A stretch of DNA of 64,000 nucleotides, taken from positions 2,080,001 through 2,144,000 of the forward strand of contig CAWJWJ010000002.1 of NCBI GenBank assembly GCA_963846575.1, given 5' to 3'. Position numbers and translations under genes: made by a program. Positions 20,080-31,130 of the stretch are shown here, piece by piece. Source of the DNA: an uncultured Nitrospiraceae bacterium (GTDB lineage: Bacteria; Nitrospirota; Nitrospiria; Nitrospirales; Nitrospiraceae). Numbering within the stretch: the stretch's first letter is position 1; the number at the start of each line of letters is the position of its first letter. Below the pieces are notes generated by a model. That model was given only the letters and a program-made list of their open reading frames with translations. It was not told the origin of the DNA and searched no databases.

Positions 20080-20823
20080 GTGAAGGTAGCTATAAACCTA
20101 GAACGGCATCTGGAAACCTTTGGTCGCAATCGACTGGGTCATAGACCAGTTCGTCAGTGGGCAGTCTTGTTGATCTTGGTTGGTCTGGGAGCCCTGACCA
20201 CAAGCGCACAGGCAGAATGGTCGGCTATCACCGAGGCAAAATCACTTTACACAACCGATGCATTCCAGTTTTCCAATGCGAGGACGATTGCGACTGAGTG
20301 AAGATCCAACCTAACCCGCTGGCGTGGACATCGGGAAGTCGGAGGATGTTATTTTTCAGCCGGCGCTTGAACTGGTTCGGTCGTCATCCTCCTTCTTGGG
20401 TCCCAATGAGGTGGCTTTTAAAGCAGAAGGTTCCATTTATACAAACAATCCGATTTTAACCATGGCGACTACCGTGGTCAATTCAAGCAGTCGCTGACGC
20501 CTCAGACATCGCTGTTAGTCCGATACCGCTATCTGCCGAACCTGTTTCTAGGGCCAAATTTTGAGCATCGCACTGGGGAACGCCTCCTTGAGCAGGAACG
20601 GGTGACATCCCATCATTGGCGGAACTTTACGGGCGACCTGATGGGGGACACCCATGAAGGTCGGCAAGATGAAACCAATCAAGGGATAGCCGAGCTCCTG
20701 TATCACCTGACAGAAGCAGCAGGCCTTACGTTAGGATTTCAGCACACCCAGCGGACCTCGACGAATGCCCTCAGGGGATTTAATGACACCATCGTAGCTG
20801 TGGGAGGCCAGTATAGATTTTAA
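20080..20823 (+). pseudogene. Decayed outer-membrane beta-barrel gene
   Basis: Signal peptide (..AQAEW), fragments in several frames with stops, C-terminal ..VGGQYRF barrel signature. Confidence 0.6.
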
Positions 20824-21469
20824 CTCGGACCAGACACGAAGCATGGGAAGAAATAACAAATTAAGCCACTATCAGTGCTAACCGCTGTTTCGCGGCGCAA
20901 GCTTTTTTCTCGGGCACTACAGGTTATGGTGGCAATGCCATTTGCTCCAATTCTATCTATTCCTGGGTGTGGAGGCACCAGGCTATCCCGGGTTACGAGG
21001 GCCTGACACTTGATGCTACGCAAGGTCGGTCCTCGACATCTGAAGACTCCCATGGACCGGCTGACGACCTGAATTACACCTAACGATCAATTCCTCGTTC
21101 ACTCGCATAACCACATCCCTCAGATCGCATAATCTTTGGTATCTACGGGTTGAAGGCGCTGCCCTGAGCCCCTCACGTTCACTTTCTTGCCACGCATGTT
21201 CTGCCGACAAGCGCCATGAAATCGGAGGACATGGTAATGATCACCGTGCTCCCCTGAAATCTCTCATCACCTCAATTACGGATGTGGCTTATGATGTGTA
21301 AGGGGGATCGGACTTGTGGTGGTGCGACCTCGGACGGCACCGAAGGTTCGGCTGAACTAGGGAATGATATAGCTTCTCACGCATGGCGTGTGTAGCAATA
21401 TAAGTGGCATGCAAGAGACCCCGTCTGGGAATTGCTCCCCTCTTAGCCATTTAGAAAGCGAGGTTCATC

Positions 21470-22264
21470 ATGCGATACGAGGCACAACTGGCTTTTTTCA
21501 TCATAATAGCATTGGCCTTTCCGGCATGTGCGGCACAAGTTGAGCCAAAGGTCACACCAGCGGGTGACGCCAAAACCATGAAAAAGTCAGCTCTTGAAAT
21601 GGGCGCGCATGCTCTTCAAACACATGAGCCGATTGAACAGTTCGGTGTCTATCTAGTGGGATTTCACGCTTACAAACATGACCCGGCTCAGCAAATGACT
21701 GCTCATCATTTTTGCAGGCCGATCAATGAAGACCTGGCTCAATGTGTGCTGTTTGACAGCAATACAGCACAGGCGAACCTCAATGGCATTGAGTACATTA
21801 TTTCCGAGAAACTCTACGAGCAGTTGCCCCCAGCCGAACGGCCCTACTGGCATCCCCATAACCATGAGATTCTGTCAGGCACTTTGATCGCGCCGGGGCT
21901 TGCGGACGCGGCTGAACATGCCTTCCTTAAAATGTTTATGAACAGCTACGGGAAAACCTGGCATACCTGGAGGACCGGCATGTTCGGCCTGCCGCAAGAC
22001 TGGCTTCCACTGGGAGATCCTCATTTAGCCTGGTCGTTCAACCACGAAGGCGAGGCGAAGGCTGGGCTCATTGAAAAGAGGGATCAGGAGATGCAAATGA
22101 ACTCTGCCGAGAAGCATCGCCAACGGCAAGATTTTGTGAACCTGGCGCACCCACAGGAAGGTGTGAACGCCATCTCAACTCAGTTTCCTGGTCCGATTCG
22201 CTCGATCCCCGGCGTCATCGACAAGAGCTCCCAGCCGGGAAACGATCAAGGACATGGTAAATAA
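21470..22264 (+). CDS. OBAP/DUF1264-family protein
   Basis: YLVGFH, AHHFC, QCVLFD, LNGIEYIISE, YWHPHNHE, SYGKTWHTW. Confidence 0.85.
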   Translation: MRYEAQLAFFIIIALAFPACAAQVEPKVTPAGDAKTMKKSALEMGAHALQTHEPIEQFGVYLVGFHAYKHDPAQQMTAHHFCRPINEDLAQCVLFDSNTAQANLNGIEYIISEKLYEQLPPAERPYWHPHNHEILSGTLIAPGLADAAEHAFLKMFMNSYGKTWHTWRTGMFGLPQDWLPLGDPHLAWSFNHEGEAKAGLIEKRDQEMQMNSAEKHRQRQDFVNLAHPQEGVNAISTQFPGPIRSIPGVIDKSSQPGNDQGHGK

Positions 22265-22301
22265 CGCATCGCGCCGAACCAGGCCAACGGCAACTTAATC
22301 G

Positions 22302-23876
22302 GTGATACGCCAAGCCGAGGGACATCAAAGAAGGACTCAAGCGATGAGCCGGGCCGCCCTGCGGACTAGCCATAAAATTCTCGAAGGGTCTAAACGGCGT
22401 CCAAACTCCTTTGAGAGTCGTTCCCGAGAGGCACTGCCTCTTAATTCATTTTCTCTAGTGTTAGTACTCAGTCGAGGTAGCCAAGCGACGGGCGTGCTTT
22501 CTGCTGTATTTATCTTGACGATGACTCTCCAGGCCTTGGGTCAAGAGCTTCTTCAAAGAGAGACCGAGAAAGGTGGGAAGGCCCCGGAGTTTAAATACAA
22601 TCTCGGTTTGTACAAGCCAGACTATGGCATTTATGACGAGATCCTGGAGCGAACGGAACCTGGGCCCCAGTCATTGCGCGAAGCAGTCAATATGCCGACG
22701 TGGCTGATTGTGGGGGGTCAACATCGCACGCGCTATGAAACACTGGATGGACGGTGGCGAGCCGGTGAACTGGGGAGCGACCAGCAGATCGCTCAGCGCA
22801 CGCGGCTCTTTCTCGGCATCCAGGACATTCTTGATCCTCTTCGCCTGAACGTCGAATTACAAGATTCTCGAGCACAGTTGACGGATTCAGGCTCATTCAT
22901 GACGCAACATCATGTCAATAAGACCGATGTTCAGCAACTTCATCTGGACTTGTTTTCGACTAACTTTTTGGGGACGGAGCAACCCACCGTGCTCAGCGTC
23001 GGGCGCATAAACATGGACCTAGGTCGCCGTCGCTGGGTGGCCCGGAACGAATTCCGTAACACGACTCAAGCTTTTGATGGGGTACATTGGCACCTGGGAG
23101 ATGAAAAAAAATGGCACGTACGAGCCTTTCTGACGGAGCCCGTCCAAATTCTCCCTGAGCGAGTAGATAAGGTGGCTCCTGAGCAACCAACGACATTGTG
23201 GGGCCTATATCTCGAATCACGACAACTCTCTTGGCTCCACATGGCATTTCACTACTTCGGGCATCGCAGCGACGGTCCCCATCGCGACTTTGAAATGCTG
23301 GGAGCTATGTTTTTCAGGCCTGGAGGCGAAGGTAAGTTCGAATATGAGGTCGAGTCGTCGTATCAGTTTGGCGATATCGGTTCTCCCGGAGGATTTGAAC
23401 ACTTTCAACATGGGGAAATCGGATACACCTTCGCTGCGAAGTGGAAACCGCATGTCTTGCTAAGGTTCGATTATGCCAGCGGCGGACTGGACACCTTATA
23501 CGGCGCACGATCTTTTGAGTTAATGCCGACGGGAATCTTTCAGCCTTTCCAGCGTAGCAACATCCTATCGCCCGGATACCGGATCATGATCAGACCGAAA
23601 GAACAAATCACGCTGTTTACACAATATCGCGCGTGGTGGCTCGCCAACGACACAAAACCTTGGGTTGAGACTGGACTGCATGACCCGAGTGGGCAGTCCG
23701 GTAATTTTTTAGGACATACCGTCGAGGTGCGCGCACGCTGGGGCATTGTTGAGAATTTCTTTCTGCAAGGTGGCTATGTCCATTTCTCTTTCGGGGACTA
23801 TCCACGAAATGTACCAGGTGGGCCAAGTGGGAACCATTCCGACTACGCCTACATTTCGACAGAATTTATGTTCTAA
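22302..23876 (+). CDS. Alginate-export-family outer-membrane porin (start uncertain)
   Basis: RTRYE, QRTRL, ELQDSR, GRRRWVARNEFRNTTQAFDG, terminal Phe. Confidence 0.8.
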   Translation: MIRQAEGHQRRTQAMSRAALRTSHKILEGSKRRPNSFESRSREALPLNSFSLVLVLSRGSQATGVLSAVFILTMTLQALGQELLQRETEKGGKAPEFKYNLGLYKPDYGIYDEILERTEPGPQSLREAVNMPTWLIVGGQHRTRYETLDGRWRAGELGSDQQIAQRTRLFLGIQDILDPLRLNVELQDSRAQLTDSGSFMTQHHVNKTDVQQLHLDLFSTNFLGTEQPTVLSVGRINMDLGRRRWVARNEFRNTTQAFDGVHWHLGDEKKWHVRAFLTEPVQILPERVDKVAPEQPTTLWGLYLESRQLSWLHMAFHYFGHRSDGPHRDFEMLGAMFFRPGGEGKFEYEVESSYQFGDIGSPGGFEHFQHGEIGYTFAAKWKPHVLLRFDYASGGLDTLYGARSFELMPTGIFQPFQRSNILSPGYRIMIRPKEQITLFTQYRAWWLANDTKPWVETGLHDPSGQSGNFLGHTVEVRARWGIVENFFLQGGYVHFSFGDYPRNVPGGPSGNHSDYAYISTEFMF

Positions 23877-24504
23877 GAAGGCGGCGTATCGTTTGTTGGG
23901 CAGGCCGTTGCCGGCCATCTGTCCTCCAGCACCAGTATGAGTGAGGGGCTTCGTCAGGGTAGGCCACTGAAAAACGTTCAGTGAGCCAAAAGCAGCCTGT
24001 CGTCAAGAGCTTCCGAATAGACATCGTTGGTATTTGAGAACAGCTAATAATGTCGCCGGCAGATGGTCTGGTGTTAAGCACGATCGTAGGTAGGATGAGA
24101 CTATGTCACTGACGCTAGCCTGCTTTCACAAAACCTTCAAATGGAACTCCCCACGGACTTAGATCGGCAATGCAAAACGCCCTTGAATCCCGTTGGGGAT
24201 TCGAATTCCGCCCGGTGCCGAATGCATGCAGTTTTCCAAACCTGCAAAAGAAGCAACCTTGGAAGACGCCGATGAAGAGGAAGGCAATAATCTACCATTT
24301 GCTGAGGCTAAACTGACTGAGTAAAGGGGATGACCGCATTTTCGAGTGCTGGACCCGTACTGAATTTTTCATAGATTCACAAACCTCTCGAATCTATCAA
24401 TTCTCTCCGAAGCGTGTAAGCTTCTACTGGTTCGAATAGAATAACGCTGGGGAACACTTATGCTATGAAATATAGAGAAAAAGTCACCGCCAGAGCCGGT
24501 TGAG

Positions 24505-24786
24505 CTACGATGTTCGATCATACCCCGCGATTTTGACCAATTTATTGTACACACCGAAGAGCAGGAACGGGGCTACCCACTGGCCGACAAAGAGACCGTC
24601 TTCTCTTTTTCCCTGTGAGTGGAAAACAATTGAAACGCCGATCGCGGCAAACGAGGCCCATAGCCACAAGTCAGAAGGCAACTTCGCCGTCTGCTTCTCG
24701 ATAGCGTGGGCAACTTTGCCTTCGCCGTGTTCCTGAGCTTCCTGATCATCGCTGTTTTGTTTTGCATTTGCGATTCTCTCTGCCAT
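24505..24786 (-). CDS. Small membrane protein
   Basis: EKQTAKLPSDLWLWA..GLFVGQWVAPFLLFGVYNKLVK; purine-rich RBS. Confidence 0.7.
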   Translation of the reverse strand: MAERIANAKQNSDDQEAQEHGEGKVAHAIEKQTAKLPSDLWLWASFAAIGVSIVFHSQGKREDGLFVGQWVAPFLLFGVYNKLVKIAGYDRTS

Positions 24787-25717
24787 CTTCCAACCCCCCT
24801 TACTACAATAAGGTTTATCTCACGTGCATGACCATCGTTACAGTCATTACTTAAAGAGATAACTGGCAAACTCCCTAGTCCTTTAAACATGATCAGCCGC
24901 TCTTGCGATAAGTCAGCGCGGGCGGCTATGTCTATAATGAGGGAGTGGTTAATCGCCTTTATGTGGCCCATCATGGTTTCAATGAAGCACAAAATTCGAC
25001 CTCTCGAAGTTAGAGCAGCAATGGACTCCATATGACGCTCTGCATCTTGCATGGTCGCAACCGATTCAGTTGCGATGCGATGGCCGAGTCGCAGGCCCTC
25101 ATCGAAGCCTGACGCGTGGGCTACAATCAGCGTCGACCTCATAGCTCACTCGGGCACCTGACCTCGAACGAGTTCGTCGCATAACGTCAGGGCCAACAGA
25201 TCGTGAAGACGTCATCTGCTCCGGTTAGGGCGCGTCTCAGAACGGGGCCAACGTCACTGCCGAAAGGTCTCCTCGAGTTCTGTCTCGGAATGAGGGGGCG
25301 TACAGTTCGAGCAGGCGCTGAAGACTAGCTCTCTAGAGGTTTTCCAGGTATAAGGGCAGGGCTGAGATGGCTCAGGGTCTTTGCCTGACGATCTTGCGCA
25401 CTGCGCGTTCTGTGACGCGTGGTGTTGAAACAGGCCGGCCATTGGTGCGGGAAGCGCGCAAACGGTCAGAAGGTATCCAGGTCCTCCGCGACACACCGGC
25501 AGCTGTCGTGAGTACAACATCCATATGCCGAACGGCAACGGATTCGAGGTCATGACTACATTTCTTCGCCAACTGCCCGTGCCGCAGCATGTTGCCATCT
25601 CGAGGCAATCGGGGACCGGTGGCCTGCTCAGTGCTGCGAAGCTGTTGAGCGCCACTCTCATTGTACCGAAACCTGTCAGCCTGAATGATCGCATTGGGTC
25701 GTGGAGACGGACTCGAG

Positions 25718-27748
25718 ATGTTGTCATTTGCTAACTTCACGCTACCAGACCTTACCGAAGCCCTGAGCAGGTTACGTCAGATGGGCCTTGGCGCACGCAG
25801 CATGGAAGAGACAGCGGATCGCATGGTCCGCTATGTGTATGAGAGCTTTGGGAACACGGAGACCGGCACGCGCTCCTGCCCTCTCGTCCGACTGTTCGTC
25901 ACGCGGCCCTATGGCACGCTGGAGGCAGGGCTTCAGTCGGCTGCCCGCAAGATGCTGGGTGAACGACCTGAGTCGCCGTCGCATAAATGCCTTGTGTTGC
26001 TCGGGACGGCGGGGGATGAGGCAGACTGGAATGATCGACACCGCTCCCATGGTCATCGGATATTTCCGCTGGTCAGTGAGCAGATCGTGTCGGATCTGCC
26101 CATGATTTCGCAGCTCATTACCCAGATGGGGATCGATGTGCGGTGTATGCTGGATCCCACGCCCTCTACGCTGCTGATAGCGGAGCAGAAAACCTATAAT
26201 GTCTTTCATGTCCCTGTGGCCCTTGAAAGTCCCTTCATCCCGGCGCAACAGAGCTTTGTCATCCGGTATCAAATCAAATCCGTGCTCGGCTTTGGCGGAC
26301 TCCTGCCTTCCGGGGAACTCTTCACGCTGATTCTCTTTAGCCGCACTTTGATATCGCAGGAGACGGCCGTATTGTTTAAGCCCTGCGCCCTCGCTGCCAA
26401 GGCAGCGCTCATGCACTTTGATAGCGACGATCGTGTCTTTGCCCGATCAGCGCAGCCGCCCGTGGCCACCTTAGGACCCTCGGCGCTCAGGCCCGACCAT
26501 GGGCGATCGGAATCGTTGGTTCTCGAGCAATTAATGGATCTCTATGAGCGCACGGTCCACGAGCAGGCGTCGCAGTTGAACCGGGCGTTAGAGGGGGCCC
26601 AGGCCCTGGCAACTGAATTGAATCGGACTGAACAACGGGAACGAAAAAGGCTCGCAATGGAGTTGCACGATCATCTCCAGCAGCTGTTGGTGCTGGGAAG
26701 ATTGAAACTCAGTCAAGGAAAGCGTGCGCTTGAAAGCACTTCTGCTGGGCCTAGGATTGTGGAAGAACTCGATGAGGTGCTCACGCAGGCTTTGACGTAC
26801 ACTCGCACCTTGGTTGCCGAACTGAGTCCACCGGTGCTTCTGGAACATGGCCTGCTCGCAGGGCTCACCTGGCTGGGCGAACAGATGCGCCAGCATCATA
26901 TCGCGGTCACCGTCGAGTGCACGCTTGAAGAGCTGCGTCTGCCTGAGGAACACGCGGTGCTCCTTTTTCAATCGGTGCGAGAGTTACTGCTTAATGCGGC
27001 CAAACACGCCGGTTCCAGTCACGCGACGGTGAGCGTTAACCACCGGAACGGTATGCTGCATATCGCAGTAGCGGATCAGGGGAAAGGCTTCGATCCGTCA
27101 CACGTGGCCAATTCGCCCTCGTCGGCCCATCTCTCCTCCAAATTCGGCCTTTTTTCAATCCGTGAGCGCATGCGGGCGTTAGGAGGTCGGTTCGAAATCG
27201 TCTCGGCAGTCGGCAAGGGAACGACCGGAGTTCTTGAACTGCCCGTTGCAGTACAGGCTCTGCCCCCCACGCCAGACTCTGTACTAGCTACAGGGGAACC
27301 TAACAACACTTCCCTAGCCAAAGGCGGTCTTCGATCACAGCCTCAGCTGTTCGGTCATGTGCGGGAGACTCTGGTGCGTGTGCTCTTGGTGGACGACCAC
27401 GCCATGATGCGGCAAGGGCTGAGATCAGTCTTAGAAGCCTATAGTGACGTCCATATCGTGGGAGAGGCCCAGAACGGGGAAGAAGCCGTGACCCTGGTGC
27501 ATAAACTAACTCCATCCGTTGTCATTATGGACATCAATATGCCCAAGCTCAATGGGATCGAGGCGACGGCACAGATCAAGTCTCAATTCCCGCACATTGC
27601 GGTGATTGGGTTATCCGTCAATGCAGAGGGCCCGAACCAAACGGCAATGCTGCAGGCTGGCGCCACCCGGCTGATAACTAAAGAGGCCGCTGTGGAGGAG
27701 CTGTATCGCGCCATTCAAGCTTCCATCGCAGCAACAGAATCTCAGTGA
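25718..27748 (+). CDS. Hybrid sensor kinase: unassigned N-terminal domain + HisKA_3 + HATPase + REC
   Basis: ERKRLAMELHD, ELLLNAAKH, DQGKGF, FGLFSIRER, VLLVDDH..MDINMP. Confidence 0.88.
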   Translation: MLSFANFTLPDLTEALSRLRQMGLGARSMEETADRMVRYVYESFGNTETGTRSCPLVRLFVTRPYGTLEAGLQSAARKMLGERPESPSHKCLVLLGTAGDEADWNDRHRSHGHRIFPLVSEQIVSDLPMISQLITQMGIDVRCMLDPTPSTLLIAEQKTYNVFHVPVALESPFIPAQQSFVIRYQIKSVLGFGGLLPSGELFTLILFSRTLISQETAVLFKPCALAAKAALMHFDSDDRVFARSAQPPVATLGPSALRPDHGRSESLVLEQLMDLYERTVHEQASQLNRALEGAQALATELNRTEQRERKRLAMELHDHLQQLLVLGRLKLSQGKRALESTSAGPRIVEELDEVLTQALTYTRTLVAELSPPVLLEHGLLAGLTWLGEQMRQHHIAVTVECTLEELRLPEEHAVLLFQSVRELLLNAAKHAGSSHATVSVNHRNGMLHIAVADQGKGFDPSHVANSPSSAHLSSKFGLFSIRERMRALGGRFEIVSAVGKGTTGVLELPVAVQALPPTPDSVLATGEPNNTSLAKGGLRSQPQLFGHVRETLVRVLLVDDHAMMRQGLRSVLEAYSDVHIVGEAQNGEEAVTLVHKLTPSVVIMDINMPKLNGIEATAQIKSQFPHIAVIGLSVNAEGPNQTAMLQAGATRLITKEAAVEELYRAIQASIAATESQ

Positions 27749-28617
27749 GGAATACCAGTCAGCAGGTACGTTCTTGCCACGCCACCTCGAACCTCGGCAA
27801 ACGAGGATTTGCGCGTGTAGGTGATTGTGCATTGAATATTGGCCCGGCATTGTTTTGTTTAGTTAACACGTTGAGCTTGGTGTTGATAGTTTTGTGGTAC
27901 CGGGAAGGATGTTTACCCTCGAAGGGCCTCGACCTTTCTATTTGGGATCACTCGATTCCTCCAAATCACGTTCAGTGACAAAACAAGATGGTAAATGCAG
28001 GTTGGCGAGCGCGCCCACCTCGGCGCGCGGCGATGCGAAAGCATTGATGATGGTCGCTGCATTCCACGCACGCGTTTTGAGGGAGATATGGTGACACTGG
28101 TTGTCCGGTGAAGACCAGCCGACATGCAAGTCACTATCTCCGTAAGCACCGTGATCGTCGATCAGCTTTGACCGACAGCGGGCTGATCGTCATGTAGAAG
28201 AGCGGGTCGATCATGACACTCTCGGGATTGGTTTAGGTGTCTATACCGCCGCCTGGCTAGGGCTCCCTGAGCGTAATGTCTGCTAACGCGCGTGGGGATT
28301 TTCTATCCCCCTCCGTATCGGTGTGGAGAAGATGATTGCCGGTGGTTGCAACGTAGATTTGAGTCTGTCGAGTAGGATCGTAGCCGCCGAGCACAAGGTT
28401 GATTGTGATCGGTTGTGTAGCGGCGACGCCGGTGCCACGAGGACGAGCGTCGTGAGACTTTTGGTACGAACCTGGATAGCTCTTCCGACAGAGTTGTCTC
28501 GAAGGAGGCCAATGTCAGTCCGATGATCACTCACAACCGGACGCGATGGAAGTGAGAGCGGGATGTAATTCCTTAGCAGTAAAGGGAGTCTGCTTCACGC
28601 TCGCGTCGGCAATTTGA

Positions 28618-28923
28618 TCAGGTCGAGACGAGGGTGGTTCGGTTTTGCACGATGTGCCTCGTGACCCTATCCGGAAAAGTTCGCTCGGCCAGCCGCAACT
28701 CATAGGCTTTCTGCAAGTTCATCCAAAATTCAGCCGTGGTATTGAAAACCCAGCCCAGACGCAGGGCCGTATTGCCCGTAGTGCCCCGTTGCCGCTTAAT
28801 AATTGCCGTAATCGGGTTTGCCGGCACCTCTAATGACTTAGCGAGTGTATTGGCGTTGATAGGAAGATTAGCCGCCTTCATGAACTCTTCCCCCAAAATT
28901 TCTCCGGAATGCACCGGCCGCAT
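28618..28923 (-). CDS. higA: HigA-family antitoxin (orphan)
   Basis: MRPVHSGEILGEEF..TALRL..TTAEFWMNLQKAYEL. Confidence 0.82.
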   Translation of the reverse strand: MRPVHSGEILGEEFMKAANLPINANTLAKSLEVPANPITAIIKRQRGTTGNTALRLGWVFNTTAEFWMNLQKAYELRLAERTFPDRVTRHIVQNRTTLVST

Positions 28924-29067
28924 GCCATTCTCCCTTCACCGATGGAAACCGACTTGAAGTTAGGTGCCACCAGTGGCACCTGCACCTGTAACCCTATGTA
29001 GTTTAAAGGCACACAATGTCATGATTTGCAACGCCGTTTCCCGCTATCATATTGATTTTCCACTGCT

Positions 29068-29424
29068 TTAGGCTCCCCTGAAAAGGCTGGTGTCGACAGT
29101 TCGATTCTGTCCCTCGGCACCACAAATCAACCGCCTACGTGAAGCGCCATTTTCCCACTGCCCATAGCTGTCCACGCTGGCCGATTCTTGGCTTTCAGCT
29201 TGCAGAACCTTCTCAAGTAGGAATGCTTCCAACCGTATCGCCGCATCGCGCAGGCGAGCCTGCCAGTTGTGAAGGTCGCCCTCCCCCATTCCATGCAAAC
29301 GATGGCCAAGTAGTTTCTCGATGACGGCGAAATCCGCACCGGCTTCAAGTAGCCAAGAGGCCGCGCTATGACGAAGGTCATGGAAGGTCAGGTCATGAGC
29401 GCCCGCAGGCCGACAGAGTGACAT
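29068..29424 (-). pseudogene. C-terminal remnant of a second tRNA-Phe-targeting integrase
   Basis: DLTFHDLRHSAASWL..LLGH..HNWQARLRDAAIRLE, paralogous to HNWDGRLRDAVTRLE of the 3773-5005 integrase. Confidence 0.85.
29076..29128 (+). repeat. attR core, 53 bp
   Basis: Exact copy of 3791-3843. Confidence 0.95.
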
Positions 29425-31130
29425 CTCCCTCGAACACGATGGCAGTGAGAACCTGGAATATGCTGCCGGCTTTGGCGATCCTTCGTGGCGGTATCGTGAG
29501 AGATGTTCGCCCGTCTTCTCACAGCGCTGTCCCTCGCAACCCTGGCAGTGGTTTTCAAGCGCCTTGTGATACGTAAACCTCCATCGTACCCGTACCGCAA
29601 AGCTGAATCTGAATGGCCTAGCCGAAGCTATCGCGAGCGTTCCTAGAGTCTCGAGCGGTACGCCGACAAGCCTGCTCTGACGTGTCTATGGTGCTGACCT
29701 GAAGTTTCGAAAATGTTTGACGGGCCTGCGGTTGGGTCCAGGATTCGGTTCCGGCCGTAATCCACGCTTCGTCTTCCGTGCCTGATATTCTAACTCTCAT
29801 ACACTTATGGACAGCTTTTTGGTTTAGCCGCGCATGGTTCATTTAGGACCGGCTCGCCATCAACTTGATTTCAGTAGCGCTCCATCCGACAGTCGCATGA
29901 TATGTCCAACGAAACAGTGACCGTCTACAGGCAGTATTTGAGGTCGTTTTCAAACACGGTTATCCGGTCAGGCGCGTCTCCGAAGCGAGCATGATCCTCG
30001 CCGCATTGGAGCAGAGGCTCCTGGCCCGAGTCATCGGATCGGGCGTGATCAGTAGCCGGACGAGGACGCCGTAGGTGAAGGTGGCGGTTTCGACGAGTGA
30101 CTTCTTCGAAAAATAAAAAATGGGAGACCAATTGGGAGAGCGACGAGAAAGGAGTAAAAACAGCCGAACGTGAATCCGACCAACGCAAACTTGTCAAAAT
30201 GACCTTCCTTTAATTAAACAAAGGCCTGAAACATAAGGTTGGAAGCTACAGCCGCTCCAAGGCTTGCTCGAATATAGGCCGTGCACCACCAATGAAAGGC
30301 AAGAGCTGTCGCTACAGTAATGCCGAGTTGTATGGCTAGTCCCGCCCACGCCCCAGTTGTACTTGGGTCTTGCAGAACATTATGGTGAACCTGGACAACC
30401 TTTACATGTGGTGTGTGCGTTTCAGAATGCGTCCGTGATTCCACATTCTTGAGAGGTGTCATCCTTAAAGTAGTTACTAATCCTAACTTCAGGATTGTCT
30501 TGCAGAGCAGGCAGTAAGGGATGATTCGCGCGAGACGGCCTACCTCGCGCCTCAAGGGGGCTATTAAAACTGGGGCGGTTCCTAGTCGTGACAATTCATC
30601 TTTTTTGATATCCTGAGCTCATGTTTAATCGGTTATTCAAAGCGATCTTTCAGACTGAGGCTTGTTCAGTGTGTCGACGTTACGAGGCAACGCGAGGGTT
30701 ATTGTGCGTATACTGCCATCTTGACAACAGGCTCACCCCGATCTGGCACACGGACTCATCTCGCTCCCGTGCTAATCTCTCTGTGAGAACGCGGTAGACC
30801 TACTCGACTCCCTCAACAGAACTGGGCAGCTCTGAGCCTCCTTGGAGGCTGGTCGTTACGGCAGGGCTAATCAAGGGCTTTTACCAGTATTGCATTCGAG
30901 ATTTCCATGGTACACAGTACTTGTGGTCTTCACGTAGATGGCTGGTCTTACATACAGCGAGACGTGCCTATCGCATCTGGTTGTAACGAGGTCGAGTAAC
31001 TACCGAGCGCCACTTTCGCCAGTCCGTGTCCACAACATGGAAGAGGCTGTACCCGGGCAGAGGCAAGAATACAATCAAACACCGATACACGGATGTGCTC
31101 GTCATTCGTGTATGAACAAGGAGAAGGGTC

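Larger units (their letters stand above)
3791..29128. mobile_element. tRNA-Phe-integrated inovirus-like element with ~18 kb cargo (25.3 kb)
   Basis: 53-bp flanking direct repeats, adjacent integrase, Rep_trans + Zot + coat-like genes, matching GTGGCACC motifs inside both ends. Confidence 0.88.

Noticed and set aside
24191..24220. tRNA T-arm-like sequence GGGGATTCGAATTCCGCCCGGTGCC
   Set aside because: No cloverleaf and no match to the tRNAs in this window; too weak to call an att site.
29076..29122. Second tRNA-Phe gene
   Set aside because: Only the 3' half is present; it is the attR duplication.
29450..31000. Short ORFs after the integrase remnant (e.g. 30214-30594)
   Set aside because: Weak starts and no recognisable motifs; cannot be supported as genes.
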